Assembly: GCA_003971905.1 (NCBI GenBank)
Contig: RSEE01000081.1
Location: forward strand, 294,250 to 314,249
Source of the DNA: Moniliella sp. 'wahieum'
Lineage: Eukaryota
Direction of reading: 5' to 3'
DNA length: 20,000 nucleotides
Shown: positions 1-10,555 of the stretch, piece after piece
Layout: every line of letters starts with the position of its first letter
How positions within the stretch are numbered: position 1 is the stretch's first letter
Notes under the pieces: model-generated
Told to the model about the DNA's origin: nothing
Seen by the model: the letters and a program-made list of their open reading frames with translations, nothing else
Databases searched by the model: none
Translations under genes and position numbers: made by a program

Positions 1-1421
1 CCATCTGAACGCTCACACAACGCACAACTGCACAGTATCTACCTGCACTATATCTGGTTTAGAAAATTGTCAGAGAGTCCCCCGACCTGCTGTGGTGTCA
101 TCACTGGCATCTTTTGAATGAATGGGCACGAGCTGATCACAAAGGCAGACCGAGCGAGTTTGATGCGGTACATGCCTTGACGGACTCCTGGTTTAGAAGT
201 TTTTCCAAAAACGGTGTACACCTCTAATACTGTTCTATACACTGCCACTACTCCGAAGACCGACGGGTCATGCTGATGGTGATGATGCGATGATGAACCA
301 ATGATGCCATGTTACATGAGCGGCTCAGAGCGCGCATGAACATACTCACGTAGAGAACAATACTCTGACCGTTGTTCACGCTGCGCGAGCGATTCGAACA
401 CATATTGTCATGCGCAACGTATTGGACTCTGTTTTTTCGCAACATCAGGCAGTCTTGTATTGCTTTTGTGCTTGCAAAAGTTACTTCTGGATACGTTTGC
501 TCTACTTTGCACGTAATACGTTGTTTTCACTTAAATGTTTGCACATCACGCAAAAAGGCCCTACTGGCGGATTCAATCGTGTGGCCATTTGTCCGTGCAC
601 TCAACAAGACTGAACTCGATTTAATGAATCAAATGACACTACTACTTTGTTAGGCTTGATGCACAGGGCCCACAGAGAAAACACACACCTAGTATAAAGT
701 CCTTCGGCGGAGCACACAGGTTCGCATTATTGATGATGGGAACCCTAACGACGTATGCGAGATTCAATACCCCGCTGTTTTGTGGGGGGCATGGCAGCGG
801 TCAGATACTATGAGTAGCAGCTGCCCTATAGCCTGGCTGGGCATCTGGAAGAAGCGAAGCACATTCTGCAGACCAACGTAGTGCTGGTGCTAGTGACCAA
901 GCTAGTGATACAAGTGATGGGCGATGGTCCACCTTCTACGGGCAGTCGGCCAGTCATGTCATGAAGTGACATGTGAAGATGTGAAGCTGGAAGCTTGAAG
1001 CTCCCCGGCCAGCGGCCACACACAGACAGGCAGTGCCGCCTTGGCGCCAGTGCCGACCCATCGTCTTCATCGTCTGGGCACGAGAACGCAGGTGGGGGTG
1101 GAAGGTTGCCTCCGATAAGGGTCTTCGGCTTCGTCCGTCGCAGGGAGCCAGTGACTGTAGCTTGAAGTGATGCATGAGGATGGTCTGACCGATGACTGTC
1201 AGGTGACTAGTACGTACTACCGGCTGTAAGCTGCACCAGCCTGGATCTGGCAGGTGCCGGACTTTTTTTTTGTTCGGCAGTCCGGAACCCACCCTGGGGG
1301 CCACCAGCCCAACCATCCCCACTCACCTCCACCACCCATCCGGCGCCAGCCAGCCCCATCCTTCTCATCCCCCCCCAACCACCTCGTCTGTATCTCGCCG
1401 CCCCACCCCTGCCACTGCCCA

Positions 1422-3987
1422 ATGGCAGGTACCCGCTCCATCCCGGCTCCTCGCCCTGTCCCTGGCCCCAGTGGCCGTGGCGTTGCTGCTCCAGGTGTCC
1501 GTCCCACCGCCACCCGCACCCGCGAAGTGTCAGGCCACCAACAGCCCCCCTGGAAGAGCAGCTTGGACCTTGTTTGGTCTTACTCTCGCTCCCAGGCTTT
1601 TTATGGGGAGAACACTGGCACGTCTCCCTCCTTTGTCGAGCGCTTTGCCCTGCCTGCCGCCTCAGGCACGTCTACTCCAGCCGATTCAGAAGCCGAAGGA
1701 CCTTCCCTCACGTCAGATTCTTACGAATACTCGGACGAGGATGAGGATGATGATCTTTTTCTTGACGGAGACGAGGAGGATCAGTACAGCGACGAAGAGT
1801 ACGACAGCGACGAGTCCCGAAGCGATTCGGACAATGACGATGCTGGTGATTAACGCCCGTAGAGAGCGTCGCCGCTTCCCACGCGAGTGATACTGCGATT
1901 CCAGACCGCAATATCCCCGGCAATGCGCAGTCCCAATGGGCTTCGGAGCAGCTTCCCTCCAACGCACTCAAGCCTGTGCCTGATCGGCGGTCACGCGGTC
2001 GCTCGGTACCTGGACTGAGTAACCTCAGTCGCGCTGCCTTGCAAGCTCGCAATGCCAAGCTCCGCACTCTCGAAGATGATGATACCAACTCGGACGATGG
2101 TCGGGGTCGGAGATTGAGTGGCTCCCGCTCCCGCTCCCACTCTCGCACTCGTACTGCTACAGGCCCAACCGCCCCTTCGGCCGGTCTTCCCCCACCTAGT
2201 CTTTCCCCGGGGGGATCAATTCTGTTGCCAATGGAGGATCCTCCACCCCTCACAGCGAAGCGCTTCTTCGAATGGGCGAAAGTCGAGTCGTTCTCGTACC
2301 CGAGGAAGCCATTCTCGTGGGCGGGGGACTCGGGGGAGGCGAAATGGATCAGCGCGCTTTAGCCAGGCCCGTGCCCATCAGGCAGAAGATGGCGATGCGG
2401 ACAAGCCTCCATTTTTGGTTACCGACATTCCTAATGGAGAGAGGGATTGCCCACCACATACCAATGGGCGCACTTCAGCCAATTTACTGCGGGCAGCTGT
2501 ACTGAAGCGCAATGGTAACCCCTCCTCTGACACCACCAAAGGAGTGGCGTTCCCTGCGGGAAGGAGCACCTTTCTTCAGAGCTGGTTCAACACCTTGAAT
2601 GCGGTGATGGGCGTCGGCATCCTTGCCACGCCGTGGCATTCAGCTATGCCGGCTGGATCTTGGGGCCGCTGCTGTTCTTGGTGTGTGGGCTGCTAACCAG
2701 CTACACGGGCAAGGTTCTTTTGGCATTATGGCCCGCAATGGCCGGCTTCGCACGTACGCCGACATTGGAAGCTATGCGTTTGGGCCGCGCGCGCGTGCGT
2801 GGGTCAGCACGCTTTTCTGCCTTGAACTGTGGGCGGTCTGCGTGGCACTCGTTATTCTCTTTGCCGACAGCCTCCACGCCATCTTCCCCAACGGGCCTGG
2901 GAGCAACACTTACAAGGTTTTGTGCTTGCATTGGTGCTCCAACCATCTTCCTCCCGCTCAAGCTCTTTCGCCAGTCAGTGTCGTTGGCATTCTCTCTGCC
3001 TTTACTCTCGTGGTGGTAGTAGTGGTGGACGGGTTTATCAAACCTACGTCTCCGGGTAGCCTGCATCAGTGGAACAGCAGCGCGTCGGCGGTGCCCGACT
3101 GGATGCGTCTGCCGTTATCCTTTGGCTTGATCATGAGTGGCTTCAGCTCTCACCCCGTTATCCCCAGCCTCGCGCGCGACATGCGCGAACCCAGACGCTT
3201 CCCCTCTATGCTTAACCGGGCTTATGTGACGGCGACAATCCTGTATCTCACCATGGCTGCTGCCGGTTACGCCATGTTTGGCCGCTCGGTGAGCGACGAG
3301 ATCACCAAGGACCTTGCCCAGACCCCTGGCTTCCCCGAGACGTTCAACCGCATTGCCGTCTGGCTCATTGTCGTCAACCCCTTGTCCAAGTTTGCCCTCG
3401 CATCTCGTCCTATCATCAACACTTTCGAGGGCACGTTGGGAATCGAAGAGCCTCATCCCACCCATTCCACGCACTCCCAACCTCCCCTCCTGCAAGCCCA
3501 CATTCCTACGGATCCCTCTCACCAGACTCAGATCAGTGCCCGCAACCTGTACCGGCGCTCTCTCCAACACATGTTGGTCCAGCTCCAAAGAAAAGGATCA
3601 CCCACCCAATCCAAGAAGTCGTTCAGCTGGGACTTGCCCCTTCCCGCCACAGCTGGGCAAACTGTGACCTCGCCGCTTCTCATGAACGCGGATCAATCTC
3701 CATCAGCATCCGAGCCACGCTGGCATCGCCCGGCTCGCATTGCGGTCCAAGTAACTCTGGCTGGCCTGATTGTCTTGACGGCCATCGTACTGCCCGGGTT
3801 TGAGAAGACGATGGCTTTCCTCGGCTCGTTCCTCGTGATCACGACCTGTGTCCTGGGCCCTCTCTTGGCCAACTTGAAGCTATTTGGTCACGAGATGAGT
3901 TGGATGCGGATCGCTGGTGATGTGGCCCTGCTGACCGTCTCGGCAGTGGCGGCCATTGTGGGCACGATTTGGGCCTTTATCACTTAG
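1422..3987 (+). CDS. AVT1: Vacuolar amino-acid transporter, Aa_trans/AAAP family (Avt1-like); reading frame interrupted by several indels
   Basis: Joined fragments read GRSTFLQSWFNTLNAVMGVGILATP / AFSYAGWILGPLLFLVCGLLTSYTGKVL / LRTYADIGSYAFGPRAR..FCLELWAVCVALVILFADSL / LSFGLIMSGFSSHPVIPSLARDMREPRRFPSMLNRAY / NPLSKFALASRP / LPGFEKTMAFLGS, typical of Avt1. There is a long acidic N-terminal tail. ATG at 1422 is inferred; TAG at 3985-3987. Frame breaks fall near 1850, 2360, 2630, 2720 and 2925-2965. Confidence 0.85.
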
Positions 3988-4164
3988 GTTCCCAGCCATG
4001 AGAGGGTCTCATGAGTCTACTGGACGCCTTCTTCATTCAACCACACCTCCTCCCCTTGTCACCGGGTATCGGAACATCCTACACCATACATGTGCATGCC
4101 AGGCTCGCCAAGAGCCGCCATGGCTACAGTGTCTCCTCATACCACTCACTGTCGTTTGTTTCAT

Positions 4165-4235
4165 CCTGTCCTGTCCTGTCCTGTTTGTTCTGTCCTATTC
4201 TGTTCATCCTGTCTCGTATTGTCTCGTCTTGTCTC
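4165..4235. repeat. Degenerate (CCTGT/TGTCT)n pyrimidine-rich pentamer repeat between convergent genes
   Basis: cctgtcctgtcctgtcctgt at 4165-4184, followed by decayed copies (tgtctcgtattgtctcgtcttgtctc). Confidence 0.7.
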
Positions 4236-4370
4236 ACCATCTCTTTCTTTCCTGTCGGCCTGCATCGTTTAACCGCACTCCCACTCAAGCTGTCCTCAAC
4301 GCCCGCATGGGCTGGCATCACCTCATGACTCCTCTGTGCCCATGTCGGGCTTCATTTCTGTCGTCCCCCT

Positions 4371-4398
4371 TTCCATTTCCATTCCCATTCCCATTCCC
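4371..4398. repeat. (TTCCCA)n hexamer microsatellite, about 4-5 imperfect units
   Basis: ttccatttccattcccattcccattccc read directly. Confidence 0.7.
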
Positions 4399-4508
4399 GT
4401 TCTATCTCGTCTGTGGCATGTATATGTCATTCCTGGAAGCTAGGCCAGGCGAATTGTATTGCGAACCCAGCATGCTAGGTCGATGCAAAACCTCACATCT
4501 GCCACAGG

Positions 4509-7500
4509 TCACCCGAGCAAGGCACGGAATTTGTCCTGGTTGGATTTACGAGGGGGAGCATCAACTGCGGGGCGGGGGCACGTCCATCGAGTCACCCTGA
4601 TCCGGAACCGAGGAGGGAGGAGGCAGCGTCTGCGTCCGCGGCGGGTTCTGGGCCTGAGGTCGAGGTCGCGTGGTGCGGGGAGCAAATGCCGTGGCCGACG
4701 TGGGTGGAGGAGGGCGTGACCCAGATGCAGTGGCCCGCACGCTGGATCTGCCTCCACCTTGCCGACCCTGCTCCAGGGAGGAGAGGATCAGAGGCTGATC
4801 GTCGTACATCACCTGTGGGGCCAACAGGGCCTGACCAGCCGCCTGGGCTGTGATCAGTTCAACAACTGCTGTGTTCGACCCAGGGCTATACTCGACCTTG
4901 CGGACAGAATTCAGTCCAAGGAGGTGCTCGAACGTTTGTTGGACCAGCGCCTCTTGGGCATTGCTGGGCAACCGGCAACGTGAACGGCGCGCGAACGGAA
5001 TCCCTGCCCTCCACGTGGCGTTTGCTGGTGCTTCTTTCCCGGGTCGGCCATAGTAGCCTTCAAGGTTCGGCTCTGCACTTCGAGCCCATTCAGCTGGGCT
5101 AAGGCCTTGTGCGCGTCCAAGGCGGTCCGGAAGTCGGCAAAAGCAATCCCAGGCCGAGGAACTCGCACGGCAAGGAGGTCCCCATGCACAGCAAACAGTT
5201 CCCTCACCTCGTCTACTGTCATATGGTGCGGCAGACCCGCCACATACACTTCCCGTTCCGAGGCATTCGCATCCGAGCGCACCTTGCGCCGCTCAGGGTC
5301 CGAAAGAGCTACCGTCAACCGGTTGAGCTCTGAGAGCTGCCGCCCATTCGCGCTTAACGAGCGGCTTGCCCCTTGAGCTGTAGCCATCTCCACATAACAG
5401 AAACGGCGTGAGGAGGCAAAGCGTCTTGAGGGCCAACGGGTGTCCAATACATCCCCAAATTCGGAAAAGAGAGACGTGATGTCCGTGTTAGTGTAGGTAT
5501 CTGGGAAGTTGGTCACATAGAGTGTGCAATCCCTGCTGACAGATACATGGACCGGACCTGTAGTCCCACCCGCCACGGGGATCCGTTTTTGGTCTCGAGT
5601 CAAGGCTGTGGGGATCGCCCCTCGATCAGAAAAGACGACCGTGCCTGCCCAGTTTCCGCTAGCCAAAGCACGCGGACCCACCACATCACTGATGGTGCCA
5701 CACCCTTTGAACAATGTTCGTAGCTCGTCTGTCGGAGGGGGGGGTTCTGCAACGCTAGACGAGACGACCACAGAAGTGTTCTCCCGGTCGGGGTTAGAGT
5801 GAAGTCCGCCACTTTGGGCTTAGGCTTGGGCCGAGCCATCTCCTCAGCTCCACGAGGTGCCTGACCCGGTGCAGCTGTTGGATCGGTACTAGCGAGGCCC
5901 AGTGCAGCCTCGTCTGCTGTACGTTTGCTGCCCGTACGGACATGGGACGCAGTCGAGGATGGGGTGGTCTCGAAGCTAGGCGGAGGAACTGCCGCAGTCT
6001 GGGCTGTGGAGGGAACAGTGGTAGCAGTAGACTCCGTAGCAACCGGGGCAGCTGCTTCATATGCCTGGGCTTGGTATGACGAATAGTACTGCTCCCATGC
6101 CTTTTGGGTTTCGCGTTTAGACCGTGCCAGGGCGTACTCGAGATCCGACAATGTCCCATGAACTTGCTCAAAGGCGACCCAGGCGTCGAGCAGACGAGAC
6201 TGGTCCTCGGTGACAATACGCGAGCCTCGCTTGTAGATGTGGCGTGCCTCGTCCAGCATTCCTACACGCGTAAAGTACTCGGCAGCAGTCACCTGAGCCC
6301 GGCACTGAGTCCGCTGCGCATTTGCTACCTCCTTCCACACAGTGTTGGCCATCAGAGCCGTATCAGGGCCAAAGAGCTCACACCAACTCGAGTAAAATCG
6401 CTCTAACCGCAGCTCCGGATCTGTACCCGCTTTGCCCCCGCCTTGCCCTTGGGGAGAAGGCGAGCCTTGCCCAGCTCCAGCGCATGGGAGGTTACTTCCT
6501 CCACACGGACGAATGTTTCAAGCTCTTCAGCTAGCTTCACTTCAGTGATAGGCACTCCCTGAGTCTGAGCCAGATCAATCAAAGCCAGCTGCTTCTCGGC
6601 CACACAACGACCCAGAAGCAGGGTAGCGAAAGGAGCCGGGCCCCGCTTGGCTACTTGTCGTAGGTCCAAAGCAGTCTGGAACGTTGCTTCCACCACTTCA
6701 AAAGGCTGCCACAGACGCGTTTGGGTCCGCAGCAAGAACGCCCACAAAGTCCCACTCCCCGGCATCGCGCGTAGAGCTTCGGTGTAGATATCCAATTCCT
6801 CCGCTGGGGATGCATCCTGGCCGTGGATAGCGTGGAAAGAAAGATAATCCTCCCACATCCCCTCGGCAGTGGCAAACGCCGAGTCCAACTCAGTCGCTGC
6901 GGCCGCCTTGACCTCAGGGTTCTTGGCCTGACGTCCTTGCTCGTACTCGGGGGTAGGTGGTGCCTGCTCTGCTCGGGTCAAGGTCGGTGGCAAGCCCACA
7001 AGAGCTAGCACCCGACGGTAAAGTACGACGGCTTGCTCGATCACAGGATTGGATCGGTCCGTAACCGTAACAAGGTATTTCGTCAATTGGGTAAGCTCCT
7101 CGTAGGATACTCCTTGAGTTCCCCTAGGATCAGAGGTAGTGGCAAAGATTCCTCGGAGTGATTCTTCTTGGGCCCGGACTCGGTTGGCATGCTCTACCGC
7201 GGCGGCACCCGCCGTAGCAGCAGCAGCCATGAGAGACTCGTATTTTTCCGAGTCAAAGAAGGTGGTAACAAATTCGCTCATCATGGACATGGTGAGGGGG
7301 CGTTGTTCATGAGCCACGGCGGCCCGTGCTTTGAACGCGCGCAGGACACGGTCCCGCTGCTCGGTGTCCCCGCGGATACGGAAATAAGCCATCTCGAAGG
7401 AGAGGTACATGAGAAAGATGGCTTGACTGTTGACTGCATCATGCGCGATTCGAGAATATGCGGTCCAGAGACGTTCCCGCACCGCCGGCTCCCCAAGAAG

Positions 7501-8220
7501 GGACTCATACTCGACGAGAATATCGTCCGACCCTTGCTCTTGCGCCTTGGTTGCCACCTCGATCAGGCTGGGAACGGCAGGCAAAGAGGGCGCGACATAC
7601 GTCCAGGCACCTGACTTGGTAGATTGAAGTACAGCCCCACCCACAAGCCCTGTCTGCTCTTGAAGCACATCCACTGTCGGCACACCCTCGTTGATCGGCG
7701 CAGGCACCGATTCGTGCATCGCCTCGTCTGCCCCGAGCCCGGTGGTACCGTTGAAAAGTCCCCAGACATCGGTACCAGAGTAAGTACTGTGCCAATGAAG
7801 AAGAAGAGAGGCAAAACGCGCGTGGGCCGCAGCGTCCATACCAGAGCCGGCCTGCGTGGCGCGGTCGTGGATCTGGAGCACCGCCTCCAGTTGCGCGGCG
7901 GGGATGACGGTCAATGAGGCCGTACGCTGCTCGTGAGCCACCCGTGAAAGGGAGTAGGTCGAGTAGAGTGCCCACTGTGCCGGACGCAGCGCAACGTGCT
8001 GCTCCATCTGAGCAAAAGCCTGGGCCAGCTCGGTGCTAGCCGCCTGGGCGCTTGCTTCTGCCTCGAGCACCGCCTCGGCGTTACTCGATTGCATCTCAGC
8101 GCGCGCGGACAAGAGCTTGGCCTGCAGGGATCGCACCCACAACGCATATCCGCGCGCATCGTTTTGCTCCACCTCGGACGGCTGGTCGTCGGATGCGTTC
8201 TGCCCTCGCTTCGGCGGCAT
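4509..8220 (-). CDS. PRP24: U4/U6 snRNP recycling factor Prp24/SART3 (HAT-like helical repeats, multiple RRMs, C-terminal LSm-interaction motif); frameshifted
   Basis: The start is inferred at MPPKRGQ (ATG 8220, preceded by ACCACC). HAT-like segments: GMWEDYLSF, ALRAMPGSGTLW, DPELRLERF, LLDAWVAFEQVHGTL. RRMs: DRENTSVVVS, TLYVTNFP..RRFCYVEM, EVYVAGLP..IAFADF, LPSNAQEALVQQ. The C-terminus KSNQDKFRALLG* matches the SNxDFRxxL-type LSm-binding motif; stop at 4509-4511. Frame breaks lie near 6437 (C5 run), 5805, 4973 and 4575. Confidence 0.87.
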
Positions 8221-8488
8221 GGTGGTGGTGGTGGCGAGGCAAGAAGCACAGGCCCTTTGAGCAATGGGTGATGCATGCATGATGTGTCGGCCGAGGTGGG
8301 GGACGGCTCTCGGGTTCAAATGTTCAACATCCATTCTCTGCCAATCAAAGAACGATGATCGGTGGGTGACCGGCGGGCGTCTATATGGCCATCTATTAGA
8401 TCTACGGAGGCAAGTTGAAGCTTGGAGCTTATATTCAGGAGATGTCGATGAGGATCGATGCAGCCGATGAAGCAGAAGGCACTCTCGC

Positions 8489-9891
8489 TTACCTCCTTCC
8501 CGCGCGGGCGTTCTTCCCCGGCCGGTTCTTCTTGCTCGAGGGAGCACGCACGCCCGCCGTGCCCGAGATGCGGCGCTTCTTGGCCGGCCCCCCGCACCGC
8601 CCCCAAACGAAAAGTTCTCCGTCGACTCGCGCGTGTTGGCCTTGGAGTGCTTCTTCTTGCCCCCGTAGCCGTACTTGGCATCGCGCGCCGAGCGGGGCAT
8701 ATGCTTGCCCCCACGTCCACGCCCGCGCCCAGCCGAACCGCCGCGCACGCCGCGGGGGGGCGCTTCGCCCTCCATGACATCAGCCAACTGGATATCAAAC
8801 CCATCGTCACCACCGCCCGAATGCTCTGGACAAGGCAGGAAAAGGGTCAGTCAGCACAGCGATCCTTACAGAGATGACGCCGGTTGTGTGAGGGGGAAGG
8901 GACGGGTCTACATACTGCGCTTCAGATCCTTGACCTTGTCGGCAAACTCTCGTTTTTGCTTTTGACGTTCCAACTGCTTCTCCACCTGGACCTTCTTGCC
9001 GAACTTCTTGAGCTCACGTTGACGCTTGGCCTCTTCCGACGCTTTGATTCCGGCACGCTCATCCAGCATGCGCTGGCGGACCCGCTCCATGTGCTCATCC
9101 GACTTGACCATCTCGGCAAAATAATCTTTAGGACGAATGAAGGGCACCCCAGCCTGGGCTAGGCGACGACGACCTTCCTCAGCACCGGCAAGGGCTTGTC
9201 GGTAGAACACAAGTTCCCGCTTCAAGTCATCCTCGAGGGCAGTACCAACTTCTTCCGCTACGTTCTCTGGCCAAGACATCCATCGTCTCGGTCCAGGCCA
9301 AGGGGGGGCCCTTGGCCAGCGCATTGAGCGAAATGGCCTCAGTCAAAGCCTTGAGCGCAACCACATTGTTGATCCGTACTCGGTTGTGCTTGGTAGCCAA
9401 GACAGCAGGAGATACTTCCCCTTTGATGTGGTCCAGTTCCACGTCCTCATCTTCCTCCTCGTCTTCCTCCTCGTCCTCCTCCTCGTCATCTTCCCCAGAC
9501 TCGGTTGGAACGAGACCGCTGCGGAGAATGCTCTCAGCCAGGGTGGGCTTAGACATGGGCTTCTCCATGTCTTCCTCCTCCTCCTCTTCCTCCTCTGAAT
9601 CACCCTCCTCCTCCTCCCATCATCCTCATCATCCTCATCCTCACCCGTAGGGAGTTCGACACCTTGCCTCTTCAGTGCAGCCATGAGGTTTTGCATCTCC
9701 TCCTCATTAATCTCCTCCTCCGAGTCATCGTTGTCGTCGTCCTCCTCCTCCTCCTCCGAATCGGCAGAATCGACATCTTGCTCCGGCTCGGGGTTCTTGG
9801 ACACTTTGACAGCCTTCTTGGCAGGCTTGGCAGGCACAGCCTTCTTGCTGGGCGCGGCGGCGCGTGTGGCAGGTGCAGACTTGCGACCCAT
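8489..9891 (-). CDS. EBP2: rRNA-processing / 60S biogenesis protein Ebp2; one intron, frameshifted
   Basis: Hallmark DDLKRELVFYRQAL..GVPFIRPKDYFAEMVKSDEHMERVRQRM..KRQRELKKFGKKVQVEK, then RDAKYGYGGKKKHSKANTRES. After a frameshift at the C6 run 8588-8593 it ends SKKNRPGKNARAGRR* (TAA 8491-8489). The N-terminus is basic then acidic, from ATG 9891. Confidence 0.93.
8826..8915 (-). other. Spliceosomal intron (90 nt) in EBP2
   Basis: Donor GTATGT at 8915, branch-like CTGAC, pyrimidine tract, acceptor CAG ending at 8826. Splicing joins DLKR-K-HSGGGDDGFDIQL in frame and removes a stop. Confidence 0.88.
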
Positions 9892-10555
9892 GATCCGTAC
9901 TCGTTGGGCAAAAAGGACTGGGGGGCTGCAAACTAAGTGGATGGGTGGAGTGTAGGTGAGCGAGTTTGCAGAGAAAACAAAAAATCAGGCCGTCGGAATG
10001 AGTATCGGCCAAGCAAATTATTCCGCCGAGGGGGCGCAACGAGGCATAAATTGCATCAATGAGGCTCATTCCCCCGCAAGGGGTGTAGTTGGATGAAATG
10101 GAGTTTCTCGACCACATACCGTGGCAAGTACTAGAGCAGCACACAAGCCTGACCTTGTCAAGGCCCACACAGCATATCTATAACTTGACAACTTCATGCA
10201 ATAACTTGTCCTTGGACGTCTGCTCGTTGCCCTGAAAAGGTCTACGTCCCCTCTATGAGTACACTTGACAGGAGGCCAAGCTGAGCCTTGATGTATTCGG
10301 ATGTGGAAGATAGGGGGGCTGCTCTCTCGAAACGAAGCATGTAAACATTTTTTGGCGAGAGGCAACATGGCACAGGTAGAGAAGGAAGATCAAATGAAGG
10401 TGGTGTGCCACAGTTGATGAGACGGGGGAAAAGAGAGTTGGTACCAATACGAGGCTGGTGGTTATATGTGTGGAGGGTATTAAATGAAAAAGCTGACGGC
10501 ACAGCTGTGGCGCAACCAGAGAGCGTTCTGAGATGTTGTACAGCGCACCGCAGAT

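Noticed and set aside
48..653. Short ORFs in the more AT-rich left end
   Set aside because: No recognisable domain, composition unlike the neighbouring genes, and no terminal repeats or transposase/RT motifs. Left unannotated.
741..748. Telomere-like AACCCTAA
   Set aside because: A single unit with no tandem array; expected by chance.
6403..8787. 794-aa ORF that looks like an EBP2-PRP24 fusion
   Set aside because: A single-base indel at the C6 run 8588-8593 hides the normal EBP2 ending (KKNRPGKNARAGRR*, stop 8491-8489). PRP24 has its own ATG at 8220 in good context, and the bridging peptide looks like non-coding read-through.
8867..8877. TACAGAGATGA, resembling the U6 snRNA ACAGAGA box, near the PRP24 gene
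   Set aside because: It lies antisense within the EBP2 intron and lacks the following AGC triad, internal stem-loop and U-tail.
10413..10497. Possible C/D box snoRNA (TTGATGA ... CTGA)
   Set aside because: The C box is imperfect, the flanking stem is not adjacent to the D box, I can confirm no exact rRNA-complementary guide, and it is antisense to the probable SLM1 3'UTR.
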